64,000 bases of DNA from an uncultured delta proteobacterium (GCA_963766715.1 CAVYBH010000002.1:160001-224000), one strand, 5' to 3'; counted from the first letter of the stretch, positions 42,364-53,580 are shown. Notes: generated by a model from the sequence alone, not told the origin. Made by a program: numbers and translations.

Positions 42364-43203
42364 GGGCTCCCGTCCATTCCAGGCTGCGCGCCCACAGCTC
42401 CGAGGCCAGGGCAGGGTCGTCGGCCGCCCGGCTCGGCCGGCGCACCTTGCAGTCGTCGTAGTAGAGGCCGTTTCCGTCAGCCGCCTCGGGGGAGGCGACG
42501 CAGTGCAGGGTGGTCCGCGCGCCCTGCTCGGGCGAGATCATGAAGAGCTTCGCCAGGTGGCGCAGGCCCCAGGGCAGCTCTCTCCAGATGTCGGTGGCGA
42601 CCACGCCCGGGTGGAGGGCGCAGGCCATCACGCCCGTCCCCTCGAGGCGCCGGGCCAGCTCCTTCGTGAAGAGGACGTTCGCGAGCTTGGAGACCGAGTA
42701 CTCCTCCAGGCCGCCCGTGGAGGTGCCGGGGCGCCGCACCGCGTCCCAGTCGATCGCCTTCGCCCTGTGGTGGGCCCGGCTCGCCACGTTCACGATGCGG
42801 GACGGGGCGCCCTGCTTCATGCGGTCGAGGAGCAGGAGGGTGAAGAGGAACGGCCCGAGGTGGTTCGTGCCGAAGGTGAGCTCGAAGCCGTCCTTCGTCA
42901 GGCCCCGCTGGCCGGCCAGCCCCGCGTTGTTGACGAGCCCGTGCAGGGGGAGCCCCCGCGAGAGGAAGGCCCCGCGGCGGCGCGAACCGACGCCAGGTCG
43001 GCGAGGTCGAGGGGAAGGAACTCGGCCCGCCCGCTGCCGGAACGTCGCGGATCTCGCTCGAGGACCGGAGCCGTCCTCGCCTCGGAGCGGTTGGCGAGGA
43101 AGACGTGGCCTCCGCGCCGGGCGAGTTCCCGGGCGGTCACCCGGCCGATTCCGGTGCTGGAGCCGGTGACGATGAACACCTTTCCGGCGAGGTCGCTGGA
43201 CAT
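42350..43203 (-). CDS. Short-chain dehydrogenase (retinol dehydrogenase/WWOX-like); frameshifts
   Basis: IVTGSSTGIG, LVNNAG, FGTNHLGPF, YSVSKLAN, LHPGVVAT. Confidence 0.88.
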
Positions 43204-43216
43204 GGGATGGGAGTCC

Positions 43217-43780
43217 TCAGGGCGCCGGCTTCGCCGCGGCGCCCGGTCGCGTGAGCGGAGGTCCGGCGCGTGCGGTGGCGCCACCGGCCAGATCCTCGAC
43301 ATGATCCAGGAGACGGCGATTCCGACGCAGCACCCGAAGATCACCTCGACCACCTTGTTGAACCCGTGCTCGATGCCGGTGATCTTCGAGCCGTGGGTCA
43401 CCCCGTCGGCGATGACGATGGCGGCGGTGATGGGCGCCTGGCGCCACATCACGGGGATCCGGACCACGTAGGTGGAGAGGATCACCGTCACGGCGAGCGC
43501 GACGGGCAGCTTCCACTCCCGGGGACCGCCGATGGAGAGGAAGACGAGCCCGACCACGGCCCCGATGGAGGCGTTGAGGATGCGTCCGCGGAAGGTCCGC
43601 TTGGCCTGGGTCCAGACCGGGTCGGAGGACGCGATCATCGAGGCGATGGCCCAGATGGGATTCGCGTCGGAGACGGCGCGGAGCGAGAACCAGCAGATCG
43701 ACGTGCCGAGGAAGACGTTCAGCGCGAAGCGAACCCCCAGCAGGTCGTCTTCCCGGAAGCGATCGGGGATCAGTCTTCAT
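43217..43780 (-). CDS. FUSC-like / aromatic-acid exporter membrane protein; frameshifts
   Basis: NPIWAIASMIA, RILNASIGAVVGL, WRQAPITAAIVI, KVVEVIFGCCVG. Confidence 0.7.
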   Translation of the reverse strand: MKTDPRSLPGRRPAGGSLRAERLPRHVDLLVLAPRRLRRESHLGHRLDDRVLRPGLDPGQADLPRTHPQRLHRGRGRARLPLHRRSPGVEAARRARRDGDPLHLRGPDPRDVAPGAHHRRHRHRRRGDPRLEDHRHRARVQQGGRGDLRVLRRNRRLLDHVEDLAGGATARAGPPLTRPGAAAKPAP

Positions 43781-43796
43781 GGGCGCCGCGGGCTCC

Positions 43797-44714
43797 TCAC
43801 TCGTGGGACTGCGGAGGGTTGCCCCGCGACCGGTACACCATGCCGGTCTTGGTGGCGCCGAGCAGCACCCAGTCCCTGGCCGCGAACTGGAGCGAGACGA
43901 AGAACTGCTCCGAGCGCTTCACCGCCTTCGAGTGGAGCTCGTCCCGCTTCTGGAACTTCACCTGGTAGGCGAACTCCCCCACGAGCGGCGTGTGGTCGCC
44001 GCGCTCGCGCCAGAGGGCCACGTTGGCCTTGGCCGTGAGCCCCTTCCCGAAGTCGAGCGTGCCGACGTCCTGCAGCACCTCCTCGACGATGGTGTGGTTC
44101 ACGAGGGCCACCTTCTCGTCCTTCAATCGCTGGAGCCTGGCCAGCGCGGGGAGGCCGCGCGCGATGGTCGCCATCTTGGTCGGGTCGGCCTCGTGCATGT
44201 GGCTGAGCGGGAACTCGCAGTTGTGGGAGTAGAGGACGCGCACGCCGCCGACCTGATCCTTCAGCGGAAGCACCTCGGCCTTGAACTTGATCCGGTACGG
44301 GCCCTGGATCAGGGGCCGGACGTCCGTGTCGGCGGCGGCCTGGAGATCCGTGCCGCGAATCTTGAAGACGATCTCGGGATCACCCACCGGGAATCCGTCC
44401 TGGTAGGGGACGCGGCGGCGGAGGATGAAGCCGTTCCGGTAGAGCCGGAAGTCGGGCGTGTCGAGGAACACGACCTCCCGGATCTGGGGACGGTCCTTCT
44501 CGTATCCGTCGGAGGAGAAGCCGACGTCGCACTCCCGGGCCACGCCCTTCACGAGCTTCGCGAAGTCGAAGAAGCTCTGGCGCGACGTGAAGCGATCCGG
44601 CTTCAGGATGATCTTGGACTCGACGTACTGGACGTCGTCGAGCGGGTGGCCGTCGCTGTACGTGCCCGGATGGATCTCCGGGACCTTCTGGATCGGCTCG
44701 ACCTTGTCCTTCAT
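43797..44714 (-). CDS. Hypothetical protein, possible CYTH/VTC-like triphosphate tunnel fold
   Basis: YVESKIILK, FLDTPDFRLYRNGFILRRR, IVFKIR, VGEFAYQ, TKT. Confidence 0.65.
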   Translation of the reverse strand: MKDKVEPIQKVPEIHPGTYSDGHPLDDVQYVESKIILKPDRFTSRQSFFDFAKLVKGVARECDVGFSSDGYEKDRPQIREVVFLDTPDFRLYRNGFILRRRVPYQDGFPVGDPEIVFKIRGTDLQAAADTDVRPLIQGPYRIKFKAEVLPLKDQVGGVRVLYSHNCEFPLSHMHEADPTKMATIARGLPALARLQRLKDEKVALVNHTIVEEVLQDVGTLDFGKGLTAKANVALWRERGDHTPLVGEFAYQVKFQKRDELHSKAVKRSEQFFVSLQFAARDWVLLGATKTGMVYRSRGNPPQSHE

Positions 44715-44820
44715 GCGGGCGCCCTTATTCGTTGCGGCGGATGGATGCCCGAGAATAGCCCATGGAAGCCCCGACCGAGCGTGGCCAGGAGGGACGCCGG
44801 GTGGGGGGAGGTGAGCGCGC

Positions 44821-45613
44821 ATGCGGGACCGGGTCGTGGTGGTGACGGGGGCGTCGAGCGGAATCGGCGCCGCGACGGCGCGGGCAGCGGCCCGCCGGGG
44901 TGCACGGGCCGTGGTGCTCATGGCGCGCTCGGCCGGCCCCCTGGAGGCGGTGGCCCGGGAGGTGCGCGACGCCGGCGCCCGGGCGCTCGTGGTCCCGGTC
45001 GACCTGGCCGACGCGGACGCGGTGGCGGAGGCCTGCCAGCGGGTCGAGCGGGAGCTCGGCTCCCCGGACGTCCTCGTCAACAACGCCGGGGCAGGGCGCT
45101 GGCTCTTCGCCGACGAGACGCCGCCCGCCGAGGCGGTGCAGATGATGGCCGCGCCCTACTTCGCGGCCTTCTTCACGACCCGGGCCTTCCTTCCCGGGAT
45201 GCTCGCCCGGCGGAGCGGCCGGCTCGCCTTCGTGACCTCGCCGGCGGCCTATGCGCCGTGGCCGGGCGCGACCGGCTACGCGGCGGCGCGCTGGGCGATC
45301 CGGGGCCTCGCCGAGGCGCTCCGCGCCGACCTCCACGGGACGGGGCTGGGCGTGACGCTCTTCACGGCGGGGAAGGTGAGCTCCCCGTACTTCGCCCACA
45401 ACCCGGGCGCCGAGGAGCGGATGCCCGGCATCGCCCGGCTCTATCGCACGCTCACGCCGGAGGAGGCCGCCGCCGCCCTCGTCCGCGCCATCGAGCGCCG
45501 GTCCGGCGAGGTGGTGGTCCCCGGGCTCCTGCGCTGGACGATGCGCTTCCAGCGGGTGTGGCCGGGCGCCGTGGCGTGGATGCTCACCCGGACCGGGGCG
45601 AGCCGCCGCGTAG
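44821..45613 (+). CDS. SDR family oxidoreductase
   Basis: VVTGASSGIG, LVNNAG, YAAAR (YxxxK variant); probable stop TAG 45611-45613 off by one base. Confidence 0.82.
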
Positions 45614-45643
45614 CCCGGCAGGAGCCAGCACCCGCCGGCACGC

Positions 45644-47014
45644 TCACCGGCGCTTCGGCTTCCAGGAGCCGACCAGCGTCGACTTGCGGGCGGGCTGCGC
45701 CCCGCCTTCCCCGGCCGACTCCGGCCTCGACGACGGGGGCGGGGTGTGGGCGCCGCGGTTGTGGCCGTGCGGGTGCCCCACGCCGCGCTTCCGGGACGTC
45801 TCGGTGCGCCGGCTCGGGCCGCCGCCACCGGGTCGCCGGTGGGGCGGGATCCCCTGGTTGGCGCGCCCCTCGGCCGCACGGGCCGACTCGGAGATGAAGA
45901 CCGCGGTGTCGCGAGGCACCTCGGCGCGGGGGATGAGGTTCCGGGTGAGCTTCTCAATCTCGCGGAGGAGGGGGACCTCCTCCGGGGAGCAGAACGCCGA
46001 CGCGCGCCCGCTGGCCTCGGCGCGGGCCGTGCGGCCGACCCGGTGCACGTAGTCCTCGGCGACGTGGGGCAGGTCGAAGTTCACCACGTGGCCGATGTCG
46101 GCCACGTCAATCCCGCGGGCGGCGATGTCGGTGGCGACGAGGACCCGGTAGGTGCCGTCCTTGAAGCCGTCGAGCGCCATGCGCCGCTGTCCCTGGGTCC
46201 GGTCGGCGTGGATGCGGGCCGTCTTGTGGCCGGCGCGCGCCACGCCCTTCCACACGCGGTCGGCGCGACGCTTGGTGCGGGTGAAGACCAGCGTCGAGAG
46301 GTCGTCCTCCGCCAGCAGCGCGAGCAGGAGCGGCAGCTTCTCCTCCTGCGAGCACAGGAAGACCTGCTGGTCGGCGCGGGCCGCGGTGGTCCCGCTCCGG
46401 GCCATCTCGACCCGCACCGGGTCGCGGAGGTGCGAGGCCGCGAACTCGGCCACCTCGCCGCCCATGGTCGCGGAGAAGAGCATCGTCTGCCGGACCTTGG
46501 GCAGCCGCTGGAGGATCCGGGTGAGCTGGGGCTTGAACCCCATGTCGAGCATCCGGTCGGCCTCGTCGAGCACCAGGACCTCGATGTCGTCGAGGCGGAC
46601 CGTGCCCTGCTGGAGGTGGTCGACGAGCCGGCCCGGCGTCGCGATGATCACCTCGCGCCGGTCCCGGAAGGCCTGCGTCTGCTGGCCCATGCCCACGCCG
46701 CCGATGACCACGGCGCCGCGCACGCTGCGCCCCTTCCCGAAGCGCTCGAGCTCCTCCCCAATCTGCAGCGCCAGCTCCCGGGTGGGCGCGAGCACGAGCG
46801 CGCGCGTGCCGGTCTTGCCGGTGAGCCGCTCGAGGATCGGCAGGAGGAAGGCCGCGGTCTTGCCGGTGCCGGTGGCGGCCGTGCCGATCACGTCCTTGCC
46901 CGCCAGGGCGGGCGGGATGGCCTGGGCCTGGATGGGGGTCGGCTGCTCGAAGCCGGCGCGGTCGAGGGCGTGGAGGGACTTCTCGGAGAGCTTCAGGTCG
47001 CGAAAGGTGGTCAC
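45644..47014 (-). CDS. DEAD-box RNA helicase (RhlE-like)
   Basis: Q motif PTPIQ, ATGTGKT, PTRELA, TPGRL, DEAD, SAT, ARGID, HRVGRTAR; basic C-terminal tail. Confidence 0.96.
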   Translation of the reverse strand: MTTFRDLKLSEKSLHALDRAGFEQPTPIQAQAIPPALAGKDVIGTAATGTGKTAAFLLPILERLTGKTGTRALVLAPTRELALQIGEELERFGKGRSVRGAVVIGGVGMGQQTQAFRDRREVIIATPGRLVDHLQQGTVRLDDIEVLVLDEADRMLDMGFKPQLTRILQRLPKVRQTMLFSATMGGEVAEFAASHLRDPVRVEMARSGTTAARADQQVFLCSQEEKLPLLLALLAEDDLSTLVFTRTKRRADRVWKGVARAGHKTARIHADRTQGQRRMALDGFKDGTYRVLVATDIAARGIDVADIGHVVNFDLPHVAEDYVHRVGRTARAEASGRASAFCSPEEVPLLREIEKLTRNLIPRAEVPRDTAVFISESARAAEGRANQGIPPHRRPGGGGPSRRTETSRKRGVGHPHGHNRGAHTPPPSSRPESAGEGGAQPARKSTLVGSWKPKRR

Positions 47015-47120
47015 GGGCTCCTTATCGCACGGTTCCCGCGTTTTTCCTCTTCACCGGGACGAGCCCGCCACGAGGTCCACGTCGTCGGGGGAATCACCAC
47101 GCACCGGCTAAGATGGCGCC

Positions 47121-48490
47121 GTGACCCAACGCCTGGGAGGCGCCGGCAAGATCGGCCTCGGAGCCCTGACGGCGGCGACCTTCTTCATCGTCGCCGGCGG
47201 TCCCTACGGGACCGAGGAGATCGTTCGTGGCCACGGGTACGGGGGCGCCCTCCTGCTCCTCGTGCTCGTGCCCGTCCTCTGGAGCTTGCCGGTGGGGCTC
47301 CTCGTCGCCGAGCTCGGGGCCGCGCTCCCTCACACCGGCGGCTTCACCGTCTGGGTGACGCGGGGCCTCGGGCGGTTCTGGGGCCTCCAGGAAGGATGGC
47401 TCTCCGCGGTGGTCGGCCTGGTGGGCCTCGCCATCTATCCGGCGCTCATGGTCGGGTACCTGGCCAGGTTCTGGCCGGCGCTCGGGGAGGTCGGCATCGG
47501 GCAGGCGGGGTGGTGGGCCTGCCTGGGGCTCGTGGCGGTCTGCACCGCCTGGAACGCGCTCGGCATCCGACGGGTCGGGCTAGGCTCGGAGGCCCTGGGC
47601 ATCCTGCTCCTCGCACCGTTCGCGGCGGTCATCGTGCTCGGCGTGCTGGCGCTTCCGGCCGGAGGACTCGAGGCGGCGAGGGCCGCGTTCCGGGCGGCGC
47701 CCGTGAAGGACGACTCCGCATGGGTCGCGGGGCTGGTCCTCGCGATGTGGAACTACACCGGTTTCGACAACGCCGGGACGTTCGCCGCCGAGGTGGAGCG
47801 CCCCCAGCGCAACTACCCGCGCGCGATGTTCCTCTCCATCGCGATCATCGCCGGGGTCTACGTCGCCAGCCTGCTCGGCGCCTCCGCCAGCGGGATGACG
47901 CCAGGTGAATGGGACGAGGGAAGCTGGGTGGAGGCCGGGCGCCGGGTCGGGGGCGCCAGGCTGGCGGTGGCGATCGCGCTCGGCGCGGTGGCGTCCGCAG
48001 CGGGGATGTTCCTCGCGGCGCTGCTCTCCTGGTCGAGGCTCGCCGAGGCCATGGCCGTCGACGGCTGGCTGCCGTCGACGCTGGCGCGCCGGGGCGGGCG
48101 CTCCGGCACGCCCACCGCGGCGGTCGTGCTGGGCGGGGCGCTCTCTGCCCTCTTCGTCGGTCTGGGCCTGAAGCGACTCGTCGAGATCTACGTGCTGCTC
48201 TACGGCGCCGCCCTGATGCTGGAGTTCGCGGCGCTGGTGGCGCTGAGGGTTCGGGAACCCGGGCTCCCGAGGCCCTTTCGTGTGCCCGGGGGCGTGATCG
48301 GCTGTGCGCTGCTCGCCGTCCCGCCCGCGGTGCTCCTCGCGGTGGCCGCCTGGACGGGGCGAGGCGAGCCCGGCGCCTTCGGCCTCACTGCCCTGCAGAT
48401 CGCACTCGCGCTCGGCGCCACCGGGCCGATCTGGTGGCTCATGGCGCCGAGGGCGACGACCGCGTCCCGGGCGTCCCGGATGGCTGCCTC
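47121..48490 (+). CDS. APC family amino-acid/polyamine permease (3' end uncertain)
   Basis: FFIVAGGPYG, AELGAALP, WNYTGFD, EVERPQRNYPR, LPRPFRVP. Confidence 0.85.
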
Positions 48491-48845
48491 ACCGGCTCGC
48501 CCAGAGCGCGGCCAGCGCCAGCGCGGCGGGCACGGCCTGAACGTAGAGGATCGTCCGCTGCACCGAGACCGATCCGTAGACCCCCGCGGCGACGACGCAG
48601 AGCAGGAAGAACGTCGCGCGTGGGAGCAGCTCCGGGCCGGAGGCGAGCGCCCAGACGAGCCCGGCGGCGAGGAATCCGTTGTAGAGCCCCTGGTTGGCGG
48701 CCAGCTGGGCGGTCATCTCGGCCTTCTCCGCGCTCATGCGGAAGAGGCGGCGCGCCCGGGTGCGCCAGAGGAACATCTCCAGGATCAGGAAGTACAGGTG
48801 AAGCAGGGCCACCAGCGCGACGAGTCCGAGGGCGAGGGCTCTCAT
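48489..48845 (-). CDS. DUF1304 membrane protein
   Basis: ALLHLYFLILEMFLW, LAANQGLYNGFLAAGL, YVQAVPA. Confidence 0.9.
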   Translation of the reverse strand: MRALALGLVALVALLHLYFLILEMFLWRTRARRLFRMSAEKAEMTAQLAANQGLYNGFLAAGLVWALASGPELLPRATFFLLCVVAAGVYGSVSVQRTILYVQAVPAALALAALWASR

Positions 48846-48854
48846 CCCGGCTGA

Positions 48855-49755
48855 TTAACCGCCGATCCCGCGCCCCGCCTGCCGGGCGCCGCGCCCCTCG
48901 AGGCGCTCCAGGACGAACCGGGACACGATGCGCAGGCGCTCCGCGTTCCGGAGGGCCCGGTGGAAGACGAGGAAGAGGTCGCGGTGGAGGATGGGCGCGC
49001 TCCCGATGCGCCGCAGGCCGGGGTGCTCCCCCAGGTAGTCGGGCAGGATGCCGACGCCGGCCCCGGCGAGCAGCGCCTCCCGCAGCGCCAGGCTGGCGTG
49101 AACCCGGACCCGCACCCGTTGCCTCGGAGCGTGCGCCTGCAACCACGACCCCTCCGGGGGAGGCGTCCATCGACTCGTGCAGCGCGACCAGGTCGTCGCC
49201 GGGAAGGAGGCTGGCGCCGGCCTCGCGCGGGTGCTCCTTCAGGTAGCGCGGCGAGGCGTACGGGGAGAAGGGCACGGATGCCAGGCGGCGCATCACGAGG
49301 TCCCGCTGGCGGGGGCGCACGAAGCGGAGCGCCAGGTCGGCCTCGCGCCGCGAGAGGTTGGCGACGGCCGACTCGGCGGCGAGGACCAGGTCGATCCCGG
49401 GATGCTGGCGCGCGAACGCATCGAGGGCGGGAGCGAGCAGGGCGAGCCCGAGCCCCTCCGGGGCGCTGAGGCGCACCGAGCCGCGCGGCCGCTCGTCGAG
49501 CCGGTCGAGGTCCCGCCGGGCCGAGAGCACCTCGCGCTCCATCGCCTCGGCGTGGGCCTGCAGGCTGCGCCCCGCCGGCGTGAGCTCGTACCCCCGCGCA
49601 CCGGCCTGCACGAGCTCCGCTCCGAGGGATCGGGCGAGCGCCGCGAGCCGCCTCGACACGGTGGGCTGGGAGAGCCCCAGCCCCGGGGCGGCGGCGCTGG
49701 CGGAGCCGGACCGGGCCACCGAGAGGAAGATCCGGAGGTCGTCCCAGGACACCAT
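48855..49755 (-). CDS. LysR family transcriptional regulator; frameshift ~49160
   Basis: WDDLRIFLSVARSGS...SQPTVSRRL HTH; LSRREADLALR; divergent from the MFS gene. Confidence 0.9.
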
Positions 49756-49827
49756 GCGAAAATGCATAGCACAGATGCAGGAACGAGTCGTGACGCCGCG
49801 GCGGGGCCCGGGCAGATCCCTCCCTTC

Positions 49828-51102
49828 ATGAAGCGCATCCACTACGGCTGGTTCGTCGTCGGCACGACCTTCGTGGTCCTGCTCGTGTCGGCCGGCATCC
49901 GCGCCACCCCCGGCGTCCTCATCGTCCCGCTCGAGCACGAGTTCGGCTGGTCCCGGGCCACCATCTCGGCGGCCATCTCGGTGAACCTGCTCCTCTACGG
50001 GCTGATGGGGCCGTTCTGCGCCGCCATCGCCGAGCGGTTCGGGATCCGGCGGACCATGGGCTTCGCCATGGCGCTGCTCGCGACGGCGCTCTTCCTCGCG
50101 ACCTTCGTTCGCCAGCCCTGGCAGCTCTTCGTCACCTGGGGCGTGCTCGTCGGGACCGGCACGGGCATGGCGGCCCTGGTCATCGGGTCGATGGTGGTGA
50201 CCCGCTGGTTCTCGCGACACCGCGGCCTGGTCCTCGGGGCGCTCACCGCCGCCACGGCCACCGGGCAACTCCTCTTCCTCCCCCTGCTGGCCCGGGTCGC
50301 CGAGGGGGACGGCTGGCGGGCGGCCCTGCGCATCGTGTCGATCGCCGCGGTGGGGGCCGCCGTCATCGCGCTCGCCTTCGTGCGGGAATCCCCCGCCGCC
50401 CTCGGTCTTCGCCCGGTCGGCGCGCGGGAAGGGGACCCCGTCCCCACCCGGCGCCCCGGGAATCCGGCGGTCATCGCGGTCCAGACGCTGGCGCGCGCCT
50501 CGCGGACGAAGGACTTCTGGTTGCTCGCCGGCACCTTCTTCGTGTGCGGGGCGAGCACCAACGGGCTCATCGGCACGCACCTCATCCCCGCCTGCATGGA
50601 CCACGGCATCCCCGAGGTCCGGGCGGCCGGCATCCTCGCCACCATGGGGATCTTCGACCTCTTCGGCACGACGATGTCCGGGTGGCTCACCGACCGCTGG
50701 GACAGCCGCAAGCTGCTCTTCGCCTACTACGGCCTGCGAGGGCTCTCGCTCATCTTCCTGCCCGACGCGCTCGTGACCGACGGGACGGGGTTGAACGTCT
50801 TCACCGTCTTCTACGGCCTCGACTGGATCGCCACCGTGCCTCCCACCGTGCGGCTCGCCACCGATCGGTTCGGCGCCATGGACGCCCCCATCGTCTTCGG
50901 CTGGGTGTTCGCGGCCCACCAGGTGGGTGCGGGGCTGGCCGCACTCGGCGCCGGGATCATCCGTACCGAGACCGGGGACTACCACCACGCCTTCGTCGCC
51001 TCCGGCGCGATGTGCCTCGCTGCGGCGCTCATGGCGCTGTTCGTGAACCGGCAGCGCAGGCCGGGCCTGGCGGGCGTGGGGCTGGCGCCGGTGGACGGGT
51101 AG
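49828..51102 (+). CDS. MFS transporter (MCT/OFA-like)
   Basis: HYGW, FGWSRA, AERFGIRR, RWFSRHRGLVLG, GWLTDRWD; 12 TMs. Confidence 0.92.
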   Translation: MKRIHYGWFVVGTTFVVLLVSAGIRATPGVLIVPLEHEFGWSRATISAAISVNLLLYGLMGPFCAAIAERFGIRRTMGFAMALLATALFLATFVRQPWQLFVTWGVLVGTGTGMAALVIGSMVVTRWFSRHRGLVLGALTAATATGQLLFLPLLARVAEGDGWRAALRIVSIAAVGAAVIALAFVRESPAALGLRPVGAREGDPVPTRRPGNPAVIAVQTLARASRTKDFWLLAGTFFVCGASTNGLIGTHLIPACMDHGIPEVRAAGILATMGIFDLFGTTMSGWLTDRWDSRKLLFAYYGLRGLSLIFLPDALVTDGTGLNVFTVFYGLDWIATVPPTVRLATDRFGAMDAPIVFGWVFAAHQVGAGLAALGAGIIRTETGDYHHAFVASGAMCLAAALMALFVNRQRRPGLAGVGLAPVDG

Positions 51103-51135
51103 CGCCCGGCTTCGGCGCCGGGCAGACTGTCCTCC

Positions 51136-52211
51136 ATGCGAATCCAAGCCCTGGCCGCCGCCCTGCTGCTCGCCGCCTGTGCATCGGCCCCCGTTCGCGG
51201 GGCCGGGCGCCTCGCCCGTCGCCCCGAAGGCCTCCGGACCCTCGCTGGCGCTCCCCGGCGAGCGCCACCTGGCCAACGTCCGGCAGCTCACCTTCGGCGG
51301 CGAGAACGCCGAGGCCTACTGGTCGTTCGACGGGAAGCTCCTCATCTTCCAGTCCACGCGCGACGGCGCGCCCTGCGACCAGCAGTACGTGATGGCCGCC
51401 GACGGCTCGGACGTGCGCCGCGTCTCGAGCGGCGCCGGGCGCACCACCTGCGGCTACTTCTTCCCGGGCGGCGACCGGATCCTCTACTCCTCGACCCACG
51501 AGGCGAGCGCCGCCTGCCCGCCCCAGCCCGACATGAGCATGGGCTACGTCTGGCCGCTCTCCGACTACCAGATCTACACGGCCCGGCCCGACGGCTCGGA
51601 CGTGAAGGTGCTCGCGCCGGCGCCCGGCATGTACACCGCCGAGGCCACCGTCTCGGCGGACGGCTGGATCGTCTTCACCTCCACGCGCGACGGCGACCTC
51701 GACCTGTACAAGATGCGGCTCGACGGGAGCCAGATCACCCGCCTCACGAGCGAGCCCGGGTACGACGGCGGGGCCTTCTTCTCCGCGGACGGCAAGCGGA
51801 TCGTCTACCGCGCCAGCCATCCCGGGCCAGGCGCCGAGCTCGACGAGTACCGCTCCCTGCTGGCGCGGAAGCTGGTCCGGCCCACCCGGCTCGAGATCAT
51901 GGTGATGGACGCGGACGGCCAGAACGTCCGGCAGGTGACCCGGCTGCGCGCCGCCTCCTTCGCGCCCTTCTTCTTCCCGGACGGCAAGCGGATCATCTTC
52001 TCCTCGAACACCGGGGACCCGAAGGGGCGGAACTTCGACCTCTACGTGATCCGGGACGACGGGTCCGGCCTGGAGCGGGTCACCACCTACGAGGGCTTCG
52101 ACGGCTTCCCGATGTTCTCGCCGGACGGCAGGAAGCTCGTGTTCGCGTCCAACCGGAACGGGTCGCAGGCCCGGGGAGACGAACCTCTTCGTCGCCGACT
52201 GGGTGGAGTGA
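51136..52211 (+). CDS. TolB-like PD40 beta-propeller lipoprotein; frameshifts
   Basis: Lipobox LAAC; RQLTFGGENAEAYWSFDG, GRTTCGYF, YDGGAFFS, FDGFPMFSPDG. Confidence 0.85.
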
Positions 52212-52333
52212 CGCCTGGCGGGGGAGGGGGCGGGGGCCTATCGAGAAAGGTGGAAACGGGGTACAACTGACCCCTGATTTCGCCCCGACCTCCGTTCGCT
52301 CCGAGCGGTCGCCTACCGAGAAAAGAGGCGACC

Positions 52334-53351
52334 ATGCATGAGATTGCAACGGGTTCCCTGGTGAAGCACAAGTCCCTTGGCGTGGGAAAGGTCGTCGCCG
52401 TCGAGGCGGGCGCCCTCCACGTGTTCTTCCCCGAGAGCGCCTCCCGGTACGCGGCCAAGCTTCGCTGGCCGACCGTGAGCCCCATGCTGACGCGGGAGGG
52501 CTTCGAGCCCAACGCCTGGCTGGAGGGGCTCACCTCCTTCGCCATGGACGCCACCGCGGGCCGGTATGCGCTCGCGGCCAATTTCATCAGCCAGGACGAG
52601 GCCATCGCCAACTTCCTCGAGACCTACCCCAAGGGGTTCACCGACCCCGCGCTACCTGGGGAGCGGGGGCGTGAGGAAGGAGCGGGCGGCCCGGTGGCGC
52701 GCAGCCAACGCCGAGTGGACCGAGCTCTTCGGAGACGGGAAGGGCGACCGGCTCCTCGCGGATGGCGAGTACAAGGACCTGACCCGGAAGCTCCTCCGCG
52801 TCGCGGCCCACGTCACCAAGATCACCGGCGTCATCGAGCAGGAGGTCCTCGAGGAGGCCCTCGAGCCGGGCGACGTCGCGAACGACTTCATCGAGGCGCT
52901 CTTCGGCTACCTGTCGGTGCCCTCGCCGGCCCGGGCGCGCTTCGAGAAGCTGTGCGCGGCGAGCAACGGGCTGGGCGCGCCGTCCGACGTCTCCTGGCCG
53001 CTGGCCACGATGTTCCCGTTCATCGCCGTGCCGACCCGGCAGATGGTGCTCGTGCCCCGATCGACGACCGGGGCGGCGAGCCGGCTCGGGTGCGACCTCC
53101 AGTACCAGGCCGCGCCCAGCTGGGCCACCTACGTCCGGCTGCGGGATTTCTCGACGCGCCTCCTCGAGAAGCTGCAGCTCAGCGGCGCCGTCGACTTCAT
53201 CGACGTCGAGTCGTTCCTGCACGCCACCGCGGCCAGGCGCCCGGCGGCCACAGCGCATCGCACCAAGGCAGCCGCTCCCGCGTCCCCCGCCGCGAAGGCG
53301 AAGGGGAAGCGTGCGGCCGCCCCCAAGGCAGCGACACGGAGAAAGTCATGA
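52334..53351 (+). CDS. DUF3553-like hypothetical protein (SH3-like N-terminus plus helical C-domain); frameshift ~52650
   Basis: VKHKSLGVGKV N-domain; FLETYPKGFTDP, SWPLATMFPF, YQAAPSWATY, DFIDVESF. Confidence 0.65.
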
Positions 53352-53554
53352 ACGACGATTACCGGGAGTTCAAGGGGCGGCTTCGGAAGCTCGACGCGTT
53401 CCTCCTCGAGGGCGGCCTCTCCGACGCCGAGTTCGCCCAGGCCCTGAGCCGCGTCCGCCGCGCCGAGAAGCACGGCGATCGGACGAGGGAGCCGAGCAGC
53501 ACGATGCGCTCGCTGCTCGAGGCGGCCGAGGGACTGGCGCGCAAGATCGCCTGA
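53348..53554 (+). CDS. Small hypothetical protein, translationally coupled (ATGA)
   Basis: MNDDYREFKGRLRKLDAF...ARKIA, 68 aa; GGAG RBS. Confidence 0.55.
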   Translation: MNDDYREFKGRLRKLDAFLLEGGLSDAEFAQALSRVRRAEKHGDRTREPSSTMRSLLEAAEGLARKIA

Positions 53555-53580
53555 CCATCGAGTCACCGCCGAGATGCGCG

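Noticed and set aside
44821..45897. Long convergent overlaps (SDR/helicase; also APC/DUF1304 at 48489-48854)
   Set aside because: The extensions are low-complexity, and near-frame stops suggest indel errors.
48439..51291. Many long Arg/Pro/Gly-rich ORFs on opposite strands or frames (e.g. the 950-aa ORF here)
   Set aside because: Typical stop-poor shadow ORFs of high-GC DNA; only the embedded LysR part is real.
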